NCBI GenBank assembly: GCA_019828565.1 | Contig: JAHDYR010000011.1 | Location: 545,314-609,313, forward strand | Reading direction: 5' to 3' | DNA: 64,000 nt | DNA from: Carpediemonas membranifera BICM | Taxonomy: Eukaryota > Protista > Fornicata | Translations under genes and position numbers: made by a program | Notes under the pieces: model-generated | Databases searched by the model: none | Seen by the model: only the letters and a program-made list of their open reading frames with translations | Told to the model about the DNA's origin: nothing | Part shown: in pieces, positions 53,901 to 64,000 of the stretch | Numbering within the stretch: position 1 is the first letter of the stretch | How the letters are laid out: every line of letters starts with the position of its first letter

Positions 53901-55866
53901 CTGGTGCGAGCTCGCTGTGGGGGACGACGCCGCGTGGTCTCTGGGGCAGGTGGGTCTGGGCCATATGTGGGGCTCGGTGTCCGACTCTCGCCGCCATCTC
54001 AAGCTGTATGGACGCTGCTGTGATGCGGTTGGCGAGCCTGCTGTCGTCACATTGATCCACATTGACGTGCCGGCGCCAGATTGCGTGGCCGCCATGGCGG
54101 AAGACCATCCCGCATTCTCTGCAGATGCGTGGTAACTCCTGGCACCCGCAGTATCTGCTAATCTGGTCCGCCGTCGCAGCCACCAGCAGGTGTCGGAGGT
54201 CCCTGCCGGTCGCGGCGTCTGGTACGCCCGGCAGGCGTATGGGGCATGTCGCGGAGGTGAAGTCGGGCTCGTCATCGCTGGACCCCTCTGCCCCGCCTCC
54301 CGACAAGGACTCGTAGTCTTCGTCAGAGCCAAGGATGAAGGTTGGGGCCTCGGTGGCCGAGCCTACAGCGTCAGGCTCTGTTACGCTCACCTCATCGGTT
54401 TCTGAGGGGGCGTCGTCAGTAGGGTAATACTCCTGTCCGCCGTCATCGCCGCTGTCACTTTCATCGGGGCTTAACTCAAGCTCCTCCGGCATTTCAGTGT
54501 GGTTCCCGCCCGTGTGTGCCTCTCCGTCAGGACCAGACCGGGAGGCTTGGGGGTCCTCATATTCCTCCGTATCATCGTCAGGGTCCTCTGATGATGCGCT
54601 CTGGTCTATCACCGTGGCCTCGGAGTCTGTCTCCTCACCTTCGCCGCCCCACGAGGACTCGTAATCCGACGTTGGGCTGGATGTGCGGGACATGCGGTGG
54701 AGGTCTGGCCTGGGCGATGGGGTCAGGAACGCCCCAAGCTCGACACGGGCTGCGTGTGCCTGGTCGCCCTCTGCTGCCCTCGATGTCAACCGGGCGACCG
54801 GGATGCCAACCGCCCGCGGAGCTCTTCGGCGGGGCGAGGGTGGGGTGTACGGGAGCTTGACCTTCCTCGCTCGGACCGGTCTCCGTGCTCGCTGAGCGGA
54901 GGCTGGTGCCTCTGCCGCTGGGCTTCCTGGCGCGCCATTGTTTCCCGCGGGCGTAAGTGCGGGCGTGGGCGCGTGCGTAGGCGTGGGCACAGGCGCGGGT
55001 GCGGGCGTGGACTCCGGCCTCCGGGCGGACTCCACCTGAGTCAGGCGGGCGAGGGTTACCTGCTCGAAGCCCGGGGGGATGGTGGGGGGAGTCTGAGTCC
55101 CGCTTTGACTATTAAAGGAACAGTACTTACGACTCTTTACATCCTTCCCACTCGCCTGCCGGCTCCGACCGCCCCTCCCTCCTCGCGTACGACGCCGCTG
55201 GCCCACTTGGTTGGCCGCAAGCGCCTTGTTCTTGGCCTTCAGGCTCTCGATCTCAGCCTGGAGGGGCTTGCTCGTCTGCCTTTCGGCGGTGAGTAGCTCT
55301 TCGTCCCTAGCCTGCGCGGAGCGTAGGGAGTCGATGAACTGCGTAGCCTCGGGCATCTCGGCATGAACGAGCGCCGATAGACTGCTCGCGGCAGTCTTAG
55401 ACTTGAGCTTCCCGCACATAAGGAGCATCATGTCGCCTCGTTGGCGGTCGTCGAGGGCAGGATCGCCACCGGTCAGAAGGTCGGTGACGAACCTTGTGTT
55501 AGCGGTACTGAGAGCACCTCTGGGGATGGGGCGCATCTTTTGTACCTTCACGAACCTGTCCTGCACGCTAAGAGCTCTCGAGCGACTGATATTGTTAACG
55601 ACATTCTCAAATAGGTCAGAGATGTCGTTCATCAGGCCAGCGGCTCTGAGGCTTATCAGCGCTTTGTCGGTGAAGTTTCGCAGGGCATCAGCTGGCGGGT
55701 TGGAGAAGTACCGGCGCCTAGCGAAGAATATCTCAAGCTTGTCCGGTGAATAATCGTCACACGGGGCCCATCCTTCGGGAAGCGGTGCTGCTTCGGATAC
55801 TGGCCTGCTGTCGTTGGCATTCGTCTCGCCTTGCCCTCGCTGTGGTGAGTTTTCAATTCCACTCAT
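50948..55866 (-). mobile_element. Non-LTR retrotransposon of the RLE (CRE/SLACS-like) type; long coding region broken by two frameshifts (~53200-53280 and ~52050-52130)
   Basis: C2H2-like CRECG...H; KAAGLSGW; LRPIGVNE, QYGLG, DFTNAFN, GTIQGDALGPLLF, YLDD, YLG; CCHC CPFC..H..C, RHD, RADIL, IEVTV endonuclease. Confidence 0.9.
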
Positions 55867-55996
55867 TTTTTTTTTATGTATGTGCATCATGTATCCAAAA
55901 CACACAGTGATCTGAGCAGCATCAGGATCGCAGTGTGGTTCATCATACTCTATCAATCGTGCGCAGCATATCACGCGCGCTGCAGCGCGTGCTTGC

Positions 55997-57278
55997 TCAA
56001 CTTAGCAAGTTAATGATAGCGAGGAAGAGCACCTCTCTGGGAGTCGTAGTGGAAAGGAGATTGCTCTATCTGATCTGAAGTTGCATCGAAGGTGCACCAA
56101 AGGATGTTCTCGCTGGCGCTCTTATCTCGCTGAGAGAGATTGAGAAGTATCTCTGCTCGGGATGCCGACGTAGCCGTTCAACGCGCCATGGAGCTCCCTC
56201 GCACGCGGGATTCTGGCAGAGCATGGTGCGGTGTGTGTGCACCACACGTCTCAAGTGTGCTTTGCAGTATGGGCACACGATGGAAGTGCGGAATTCGGAG
56301 ACCATCGTGACACTCACGACGACGTTGTGCCGGAGCATGATGCCAGGGAGAGCTCGAGCAAAGTGGCGGTACGGAGCACAGGAGGGAGTGCCGGCGGAAC
56401 CGAACAGTGCAGCCCCATACGCGACTTCGAGATGAATGGGCTCCGGGGGGCGCCCGCCGAGATCATCCAGGAGTTGACGTCCAGCCCGGGCGAAGTGCTT
56501 CAGGCGCAGACAGTGATTGGCAAAAGTCGCACGGCGGAAACACTTTCTCGTCCCCTCGTTGATGATCTGAACGATGTTCTCATGGACAAACCTAATCGAC
56601 TGTTTGAGAGCCTCTAGACTTGTCGTTTTTGAACGATGCTGCGCTCATATTCACGCGGAAAGAGGGGGTAGCAGTGTAGCCACACTTAGCGAGTACGCCA
56701 GATACACTCTGCCCGCCTGGGCGGCGGATCGTGTAGCCGCCCAGCGACCGAGCACCAGGGTCGAAGCCCATGCGAGCTTGAATGTCCGGGGCAGGAGTAG
56801 CCTCGGCGTCATCCTGACCGAGCCGAGCCCGCTTGTTGCTGCTACCCTTTTTGTACGTGGGCCGGTCAGCCACCCGACCGCCACGGTATTTCTCGCGACC
56901 CACCCAAACCGTCACAGCAACAGAGACCCCGTCAGTCTTCACAGAGAGCACTCTGCGGAGCTTGGTGATGTCGCCGTGATCACGCTCGTATTCAGCCACC
57001 TGCTCGTCGGTCAAATTCTTGGTTGCTGACCAATTCACGTGCACACGCAGGCGCCGCTTCATCGCTGGGGTGAGCGACATATAACCGTACTCGAGGGTCA
57101 TGCTGGAGCGAGAACCAAGATCCCGCCCAGAACCGTCGCTCTTACCATCGCCGACGCCCTCATGTCCGCTACCCTTCTGGTGTACGACAGGTGGGCCGTC
57201 AGACTGAACCTGTTCAGTCCTCTGGAGTTCATCCCAGGGGGGTCGACAGCCTAAGTCACCTTTACATGAATCCTCCAC
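55997..57278 (-). pseudogene. Fanzor1/TnpB-like RuvC nuclease copy 3 (fragmented)
   Basis: SVKTDGVSV, MGFDPGARSLGG, MVSEFRTSIVCPYC...CQNPAC, and in another frame LSQRDKSASENILW. Confidence 0.85.
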
Positions 57279-57380
57279 ATAAACCCTCTAAACATCTCTA
57301 AACACCACAAAAGGGTATCCGTATCCTGCGCGACCTTCAACTATCCCCGGACGACCATCCCCACACCCGTTAATCGTGCA

Positions 57381-57972
57381 ATGAGGACCATGTTGGCGAT
57401 GTGCGTGTTCCTTGTGTGCATCACATCATGCCTAGCAATCAGCTGCAGCGATGTTCCAGCGTATGAATTGCGTTAGTACGCCCCCATCTCCTCACACAGA
57501 CTGCGACTGGAGCTCTACTGAGCTGTGCGTCGTATATGGACAGGAATACAGCGACCTATCATGTACTGCTCCATCTACTATCGATTGCGACGGGGCACGC
57601 ACTTTCCTCGTCAACTACACGTGCCAGTACTGCTGGCAAGTGAACGAGGCCGTATGCGACGACCCAACATCATGCAGCTTCGTCGGAGAGGGCGTTGAGA
57701 CCAGCTGTACCGTCCCCGAGACTGTGTTCTGTAACGGCACGCGGACGTTCTCCAAGATGGTGCCCTGCCTCGTCGAGTCCAGCAAGTCTTGGCTCGTCTG
57801 TGTCACACTGTCTGTCATAGCCGGCAGCTGGGGTCTGGACCGCCTCTACCTAGGTCACTTCTGGCTCTTCCTGGCCAAGCTGCTGACGATGGGCGGCTGG
57901 GGGCTGTGGTCCTTCGTGGACCTCGCCCTCATCGCATTCGACATAGTCAGGCCTGAAGGAGAGATCTGGTGA
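57381..57972 (+). CDS. TM2-domain protein; intron at 57472-57499
   Basis: Signal peptide, Cys-rich ectodomain, LSVIAGSWGLDRLYLGH...KLLTMGGWGLWSFVD. Confidence 0.9.
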
Positions 57973-58056
57973 GAGCAGATGTCCATGAGGACGTGTGCTT
58001 GGATCTTGGAGATCGGCATTTGGGCCACCTTTCACTTTACCCTTAAAACGCATTTT

Positions 58057-58950
58057 ATGCTGACAATGACCGAACTCGGTGAGGCTATAGCAAATCCTAC
58101 TCCCGAGTTGACAAATGTGCTTCTCTCGGATGGAAAGCAGTATATTGTCTTCCTTGGGAACCGCGAAATCCATTTGATCGATGTTTCGACCATCAGCATT
58201 GTTTCCTCGCTCAGCTTCGACGCTACAGTCCAATGTGCCACTTTTTCCGAAGACAAGCAATCCCTAGCCGTCTGCTGTGGCCAAACAGCTACTCTCTACA
58301 GCATCCCCTCTCTCAAAGTGATCGCCTCTCCGCAACTTTTCTTCCACCCCACAGCTGTGGCTGTCGACAGTTCCAGCAGCGGCCACGACATCTTTCTAGT
58401 AGGTGGACCAGGCGTATATCACGTCGCTGTGCGTGCGGACGGCGCCATGGCGGCCTCTCTACTCGGTCCTCAAATCGACACGTTCATCGCCGTGAAGGTG
58501 GTGAGCTCAGCTGCATTGGTAGCCAGCAGGATTGATTCTGTCCTCTTCTACTACCCCCGCCCCCTCCCCAGGTCTGGCCCCACCCCTCTGGGCGGCAGAC
58601 CCAGCTTTGACCAGAGGTCTGAGGTCGGACTTCCCACTGACCTCGCAGTCGACCCGGAAGGTGCAACCATGGTCTGCTGGGACGGCGCTGTCGCCCGCTC
58701 CCCGCTCCCAGAGGGCCCCATGGAGTGGATCGAGCCCCCCCACACCGCCGTGGACGACAGACTGCCTCCGCCGTGTCTACTCAGCGTTACGGGTGACGGC
58801 GAGCTGGTTGTCTCCCACCGATCCGTCCTCCGACTCCCAGGGCCCAGGGAGGTGTCCATGCCGGGCCACGTGCTCGGAATGTGTCGGTGTGGTTCGCTTT
58901 TCGTGTTCACCAGGGAGGGCGGATTGATGCGAGTTGAGGAGGTCGGTTGA
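58057..58950 (+). CDS. WD40-like hypothetical protein (start uncertain)
   Basis: VQCATFSEDKQSLAVC-type beta-strand repeats. Confidence 0.55.
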   Translation: MLTMTELGEAIANPTPELTNVLLSDGKQYIVFLGNREIHLIDVSTISIVSSLSFDATVQCATFSEDKQSLAVCCGQTATLYSIPSLKVIASPQLFFHPTAVAVDSSSSGHDIFLVGGPGVYHVAVRADGAMAASLLGPQIDTFIAVKVVSSAALVASRIDSVLFYYPRPLPRSGPTPLGGRPSFDQRSEVGLPTDLAVDPEGATMVCWDGAVARSPLPEGPMEWIEPPHTAVDDRLPPPCLLSVTGDGELVVSHRSVLRLPGPREVSMPGHVLGMCRCGSLFVFTREGGLMRVEEVG

Positions 58951-59011
58951 CTGGGCAAGTCGGCAACTCGTGCGGATTTATTTCCTTGCCGGAAAACGTC
59001 GAAGAAAAGTG

Positions 59012-60628
59012 ATGGACGAAGAATGCGACCGTGTGAAGCAAATAGTGGGAAACGTCACTAAGAAGAAGAGAAAGGAAGTATTGAAGACGCTGAATAAGCT
59101 TTTAGACGAAAACCATGGCGCATTCGCTCAAATTGCTTCTTTGGGTCCCGAATGGCACGAAGTCCTCGGCATCCTCCACAAAGCATACAATGGGAAGTCC
59201 ACATCCCGTTCCAAAGGTGCTATGAAGCTTAAACGCATCATCCGAGGCAATCCGACGCACAAGAGGGCCCCTGCTCCAGTCGACGAAGAGTCGCTCGAGA
59301 AGGAGCGCAAGCGTCGGGACAAGAAGCGCCTCCGCGCCCTCGTACAAGACCGTACATTCGCTGAAGTCGAGAACCTGGTCCACCAAGGCTACCTTCGCAT
59401 CGACCGTGAGTCTGGCCTGCTTGAGCTCTGCGGATTGGCTTCGGACCTCATCATCTGCGACAAGTGCGGCGTTCTCATCAAGCGTACCCGTTACGTCTGC
59501 GAGACATGCGGCGACCTATGCAGAGACTGCCAGCGGCGCCACGACAAGGGCCATGCAGTCAAGGCGGTTCGTCTTGTCGACCGCCTCCCCCCACCCCTCG
59601 TACTCGGCCCAGGCGACTCGAACGAAGTCATATGGACCCCAGCCCTCGACCTCAAGCTCATGGACGGCGTCGAGCTCCTCGGTGTGGGCAACTGGGACCA
59701 GGTCGCAGCTTACATCACAGCCGAGACGAAGCTTGCGGTGGCGGGAGAAAACGCTGAGACCAGGTTCATCAACATAGTCACCCTCGGCGAGGAGTCCAAG
59801 AAGTACGAGAAGACCACGATCAGATACGACGATCTTCCCCACCCCCGTCCATCCCGATTCACGGCCCCCAAGGAAGACCCCGACCAGACCGACTGGGACC
59901 TGGCAGAGGTTGACCCATGGACCCTGACGGCAGAGGGGGTCAGGCGACTGTGCGGGGATGGCGCAGTGTGGCCGCCCGGAGCCCCAGCAGTGGGGGCGGA
60001 GGACCAGGTCACGGGCATGGAGGCGGAGGCGATGGTGTCAAGCAGCGTGCTGTGCAGTTTGGCACTGGATGCAGGTCCCGACTGCTCGGACGACGACGAC
60101 CCCATGACTGGCCAGCAGCATGAGGACGCCCTTGCAGTGTCCGGCCTGCTCGACCTCAGCCATGCCCGGCCACCCCCTGCCGAGCCCCTGCCCCCGCCGT
60201 CATTTATCACAGCCACCCCGGTGGTATTCCCGACCCCGGCTCCGTCAGTGGGGACGCCCTGGATCGCCCACACACCGGCCACGGTCCTGGCGGAGAGGAA
60301 CAGGGCCCTCGCGCAGAGGAACGCCCAGAGCAGGTCTATTCCCGGTGCTGTGGGCCTGCCGTTTCCGACATATAGAGCTCAATCGTATTTCCCGTCAACT
60401 GGAAATATCGTCCAATCTGGAGATACGATTTGCGAAGACACAGATATGAATGAGGATCTAGACGATGACGCAGATCTCGACTGTCCCGAGGTTACCTTTG
60501 GCATGGGCTCGACGGAGGTTGTGTTCGAGGTACAACGGCAGGAGACGCCCTGGCGTGGCGTGGCTGCGTCGATCCCGACGGCGCGGGGCCGGCCCTCGTT
60601 CAGGAAGGTTCAGCATCTGGTGCTGTAG
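59012..60628 (+). CDS. ZZ zinc finger plus SANT domain protein (ADA2-like)
   Basis: CDKC...YVCETC..LCRDC...H..H; WTPALDLKLMDGVELLGVGNWDQVAAYI. Confidence 0.75.
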   Translation: MDEECDRVKQIVGNVTKKKRKEVLKTLNKLLDENHGAFAQIASLGPEWHEVLGILHKAYNGKSTSRSKGAMKLKRIIRGNPTHKRAPAPVDEESLEKERKRRDKKRLRALVQDRTFAEVENLVHQGYLRIDRESGLLELCGLASDLIICDKCGVLIKRTRYVCETCGDLCRDCQRRHDKGHAVKAVRLVDRLPPPLVLGPGDSNEVIWTPALDLKLMDGVELLGVGNWDQVAAYITAETKLAVAGENAETRFINIVTLGEESKKYEKTTIRYDDLPHPRPSRFTAPKEDPDQTDWDLAEVDPWTLTAEGVRRLCGDGAVWPPGAPAVGAEDQVTGMEAEAMVSSSVLCSLALDAGPDCSDDDDPMTGQQHEDALAVSGLLDLSHARPPPAEPLPPPSFITATPVVFPTPAPSVGTPWIAHTPATVLAERNRALAQRNAQSRSIPGAVGLPFPTYRAQSYFPSTGNIVQSGDTICEDTDMNEDLDDDADLDCPEVTFGMGSTEVVFEVQRQETPWRGVAASIPTARGRPSFRKVQHLVL

Positions 60629-60862
60629 GGTTAAATGGATTGATTCGTGTGCTAGAAACACCCCTGTGAGACCTCTCAAACAAGAAGAAGACTGGGTCTC
60701 GGTGGATCTGCTGCCCCTTGGCGGTGGGAGCCGCATGACCGGCAAGTTAGGGACTGCGAATTTATTATTAGTAGCATAGATTTGACACTGCTTGTCAGAT
60801 CAGATTCGCTTGACGAACTCAGAATGCAGTTTATGACATGAACGATTGCGCCGAAAGTCGCC

Positions 60863-61864
60863 ATGGAACAGTTTGAGCGGTATTACGCCGTTGTTAGTGA
60901 GTGGTCTCAGAAATCTGAGACCAAACTCCTTTCTTTCCCCCAGATTGAGCACGCCTGGGCCCTGTTTAAGCCCCATTTCTACACGCAGCCGTCCGATTTC
61001 AGGTCAGTTGCCATCGTTCTTTCTGTTTTTGTCCCCGTGTTCCTTATGTTCGTTTCCGCTACCTATTCCAACACAGTTACCGTTCACTCACCAAAGCTTT
61101 CGGCTTCCGACTCGGCAAGCTCTTCGGTCTCAAGCTGAAGGATGCCGCCAAGTTCTCCGAGTCCCTCCTTTTCTTCGTGACGTACACGTCCTTCTTCATC
61201 ATCTCCACCACGACCGCCATCCACGACGGCTACATGTTTAACCCGGTCGAAGTCTACACAGACAACACCAACATTTCTTTCTGGGCCTATTTCGTCATGT
61301 ATGCGGAGCTGAGCCACTACATAACCTCGCTCATCCTCATGTTCTCTGACGTCCGCAACAAGCACAAGGACATTCCAATCATGCTCACGCACCACATCAT
61401 CACCCTTTCCCTCATGACCATGGCCTTCGTCGGTAAGGGGCAGTACAAGCTCTTCCTGCAGACCATCGCCTTCCACGACTTTACCGACATTTTCCTCGAG
61501 GGCTCCAAGCTAGTCCATTACGTGGTGGGCGACCCCCTTTCCGGTTTGTACCACAACGCTCCCTCACACAGGCATCCCGTTCGTCATGTTCGCCGCTTCC
61601 TTCGCCTACACCCGCATCTACATGCTCCCCAAGCACATCTTCCTGCCGATCACCCAATACGGCAACGCCCTCAACGACGGCGACATGTTCCTGCACAAAG
61701 CGTTCGTCGGCTTCTTCTGGGGCCTCTACACGCTCCACCTGGCCTGGATGTGGATGATTATCCGCATGTGCTGGGGCATTGTCAAGGGCACCGTGCGGGG
61801 TGACATCCGCAGCGACGGCGAGGGTGAGCGCGTCAAGGGAAAGAAGGAGGGGAAGAAGGCATAA
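60863..61864 (+). CDS. LAG1: TLC-domain ceramide synthase (LAG1-like); apparent 1-bp deletion near 61050 and intron at 61544-61571
   Basis: AKFSES, HHIIT, HDFTDIFLEGSKL, FAYTRI, W.WMIIRM, DIRSD.E. Confidence 0.85.
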
Positions 61865-61985
61865 TGTTGATAAAGTGGCAGTTCTTAGAAACGCCACCTC
61901 TCACGCCCACGTGGCCCAGACGCTCGCCCGGCACCACACGGATCTATAACGTATCCACCATTGGCCTGCCATGGCTTAGCGTGGC

Positions 61986-62340
61986 ATGTCCGAGGTTCTG
62001 GCAGCCATTGTCGCCAACTCTTCGTCCGACTCGAACCAGGCCCATGCCGCGGTGCTGTACGCCGTGCTGTCGACCCAGTCTGACAGTCACGGCCCGTGTA
62101 CTTGTGTCGAACCTCTTCACCCTGGCGTCCATCCGCGAGTCAGCAGTGAGGGACACCGCCCTTCCCATAGACCTTGGGCTCGTCGAGAACCCTGCTCCGC
62201 GGTCCGAGTCTGTGCCCCACGGCTGGCTTACCTTACAGGGAGCCGACGCTGAGGGCACACACGAGTCTGGGGTTCCGGTAGAGGTGGACTGTTCAACTCG
62301 ACACATATCAACAACGCTGCTTATAGCATCACAAATCTGA
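61986..62340 (+). CDS. Short hypothetical protein or fragment with an apparent frameshift
   Basis: Two overlapping protein-like frames (MSEVLAAIV... then VLVSNLFTLASIRE...). Confidence 0.3.
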
Positions 62341-62614
62341 GACAATATCCCGAATATATGCTCAAATATTTCAAATTGTGTCGTATTTTGCAATGACATG
62401 TGCGATAACACGGCCCCGGACTCGTTCCACTCACGCCATTAGGACGGTGTGAGAGCACTGGAGCAAAGTTTAGACCGGCATGTCATGCGTCCTGGCATCA
62501 GCATATTATCTCAGATACAACGAGATCTAATTGGACGGAAGAAGTGCCCAATTCGCATCTTCCAGCTTCCTGCAAACTCTCACAGGAACAAATAGCAACG
62601 TAGTGACAACATTT

Positions 62615-63887
62615 ATGATAGCAAACAACTCTATATTGAAAGAGCGTTGGAAACTCGTCAAGTCTTTAGGACAAGGGGCATTTGGGCAAATATACGAGGC
62701 CGTAGATCTCGAGACAAACGAAAGTTTCGCCGTAAAGCTCGAACGGCGAAGCTCAAAGCGTTCAGTGCTCAAAATCGAAGTTTCCTTCCTCCGCAAAGTA
62801 CGAAACTGCCCATCCGTGCCCACTTACATCACCTGCGGGACCACAAAGTCGTTCAATTTCATGATCATGTCCTTGTGTGGGACAAACCTAGGCGTCTTGC
62901 GGAAGTCCCGACCCGAGCAGCGCTTCTCCTTGAGCACCACGCTGAAGCTCGGAGTATCGATGACCAGCTGCATAAGGGACGTCCACGCCGCGGGCTACGT
63001 CCACAGAGACGTCAAGCCGTCGAACTTCGTCCTCGGCCACAACAACAACCGGGTCTACATCATCGACTTCGGGCTGTCCCGCCGCAACGTTGACGATGCC
63101 GGCCAGCTCCTGCCTGAGCGGGAGTGCCCGGGCTTCAGGGGCACCGCTAGATACGCATCCGTGGCCTCCCACCAGTGCAAGGACCTGGCGCCCCGGGACG
63201 ACTATTGGTCTCCTCTACCTCATGATCGAGATGCTCACAGGCTTCCTGCCCTGGCGCAGGCTCAAGGACAGAGACAGGATCGGCGAGGCCAAGAGCCGGT
63301 GCACCACCCACGACACGCTCACATCAGGCCTGCCCGGGTGCTTCGAGAAGCTGCTGACGTACATCAAGAGCCTCGACTTCACCGACCGGGTCGACCATGG
63401 TAAGGTCCAGGCCATGTTCTTGGACGAGATGAGGGCCCGCGGGCTGTCTCCGGGGGCTGAATACGACTGGTGCTGCGACTCCCAGCCGGCCCTTTACCGG
63501 CCGACGACCAGCCTCTACGCGGCTCACGGGATGGGCCAGCCTCCGCTGTCGTCCAGCTTCCCCGAGACCCGGAGGCCATCCCGCCCATCGACGCTGTCTC
63601 ACGTGCAGCTGCCCTCCGTGTCCACGCCGGCAGAGGCCGTCCCCCTCATCACATCCCGGACAGGCGACTCCACGCGGACCAGGTCATTCGCCCGGCTGCC
63701 GTCGTTGGACCGGGGCTGGGTCCGCGGCAGCTCGGGCGGCCACGGCTCGGATTCCCCTGCCACTGTCGATAGCCCGCCCAGCGTGCCGCCCTCGCCACTC
63801 AAGGCGTTATGCTCGTCCCGTGGCGGCCTTGAGTCGACCCGGACCCACTCTGTGTGGCACCCCCAGGCTCATCGGTCCAGGTTCTAG
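62615..63887 (+). CDS. Casein kinase 1 family / tau-tubulin kinase-like; frameshift near 63210
   Basis: LGQGAFG, AVKLE, HRDVKPSNF, IDFGLSR, FRGTARYAS; continues LYLMIEMLTGFLPW in another frame. Confidence 0.9.
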
Positions 63888-64000
63888 GGCCGCATTGCCA
63901 TTCTAGATAAATCACTCAGTTCTTGTAGAGCTATTGGAGCTCTGCGTGAGTCAAACGATCGCCAAGCTGAGGGTCTGCGCAGGCCAAATTCGAAAAAAAT

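Noticed and set aside
55867-55974. N-terminal extension of the 935-aa LINE ORF in the ORF track
   Set aside because: It overlaps the Fanzor 3' RNA fold and A-run; the ATG at 55866 is the more plausible start
57278-57305. TAAACCC/TCTAAACA short repeats as a telomeric remnant
   Set aside because: Only 2-3 degenerate units; not significant

Overview
Gene-dense, GC-rich eukaryotic DNA with about 30 housekeeping and cytoskeletal genes and tiny (28-35 nt) spliceosomal introns whose branch point is fused to the 3' splice site (TNACNYAG). This suggests an anaerobic fornicate metamonad such as Carpediemonas (inference only). Genes include SRP72, a bacterial-type PLP cysteine-synthase-like enzyme, CCDC40 (in a 3.1-kb near-identical duplication), TRAPPC2L, spastin, DTD1, a gamma-tubulin complex protein, proteasome alpha-7, Kae1/OSGEP, Rab5, TFIIE-alpha, an ADA2-like protein, a ceramide synthase and a TTBK/CK1 kinase. 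The main discovery is a family of three diverged Fanzor1/TnpB-like RuvC nuclease genes in three different mobile contexts. Copy 1 sits in a TG...CA element with a 5-bp TSD whose short terminal repeats are miniature versions of the LTR of the adjacent chromovirus (Ty3/gypsy); a 204-bp nuclease-less 'ghost' copy of this element lies elsewhere. Copy 2 is flanked by an 11-bp direct repeat and sits between a putative promoter motif and the Rab5 ATG. Copy 3 is directly upstream of a CRE-like RLE non-LTR retrotransposon. All three carry, at the 3' end of the ORF, a closing-stem plus two-hairpin fold that is conserved in structure but not sequence, a candidate omegaRNA scaffold. The insertions cluster next to a TAA(A/G)CTGC motif found just upstream of host ATGs. 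Several isolated frameshifts in otherwise conserved genes suggest residual assembly indel errors.
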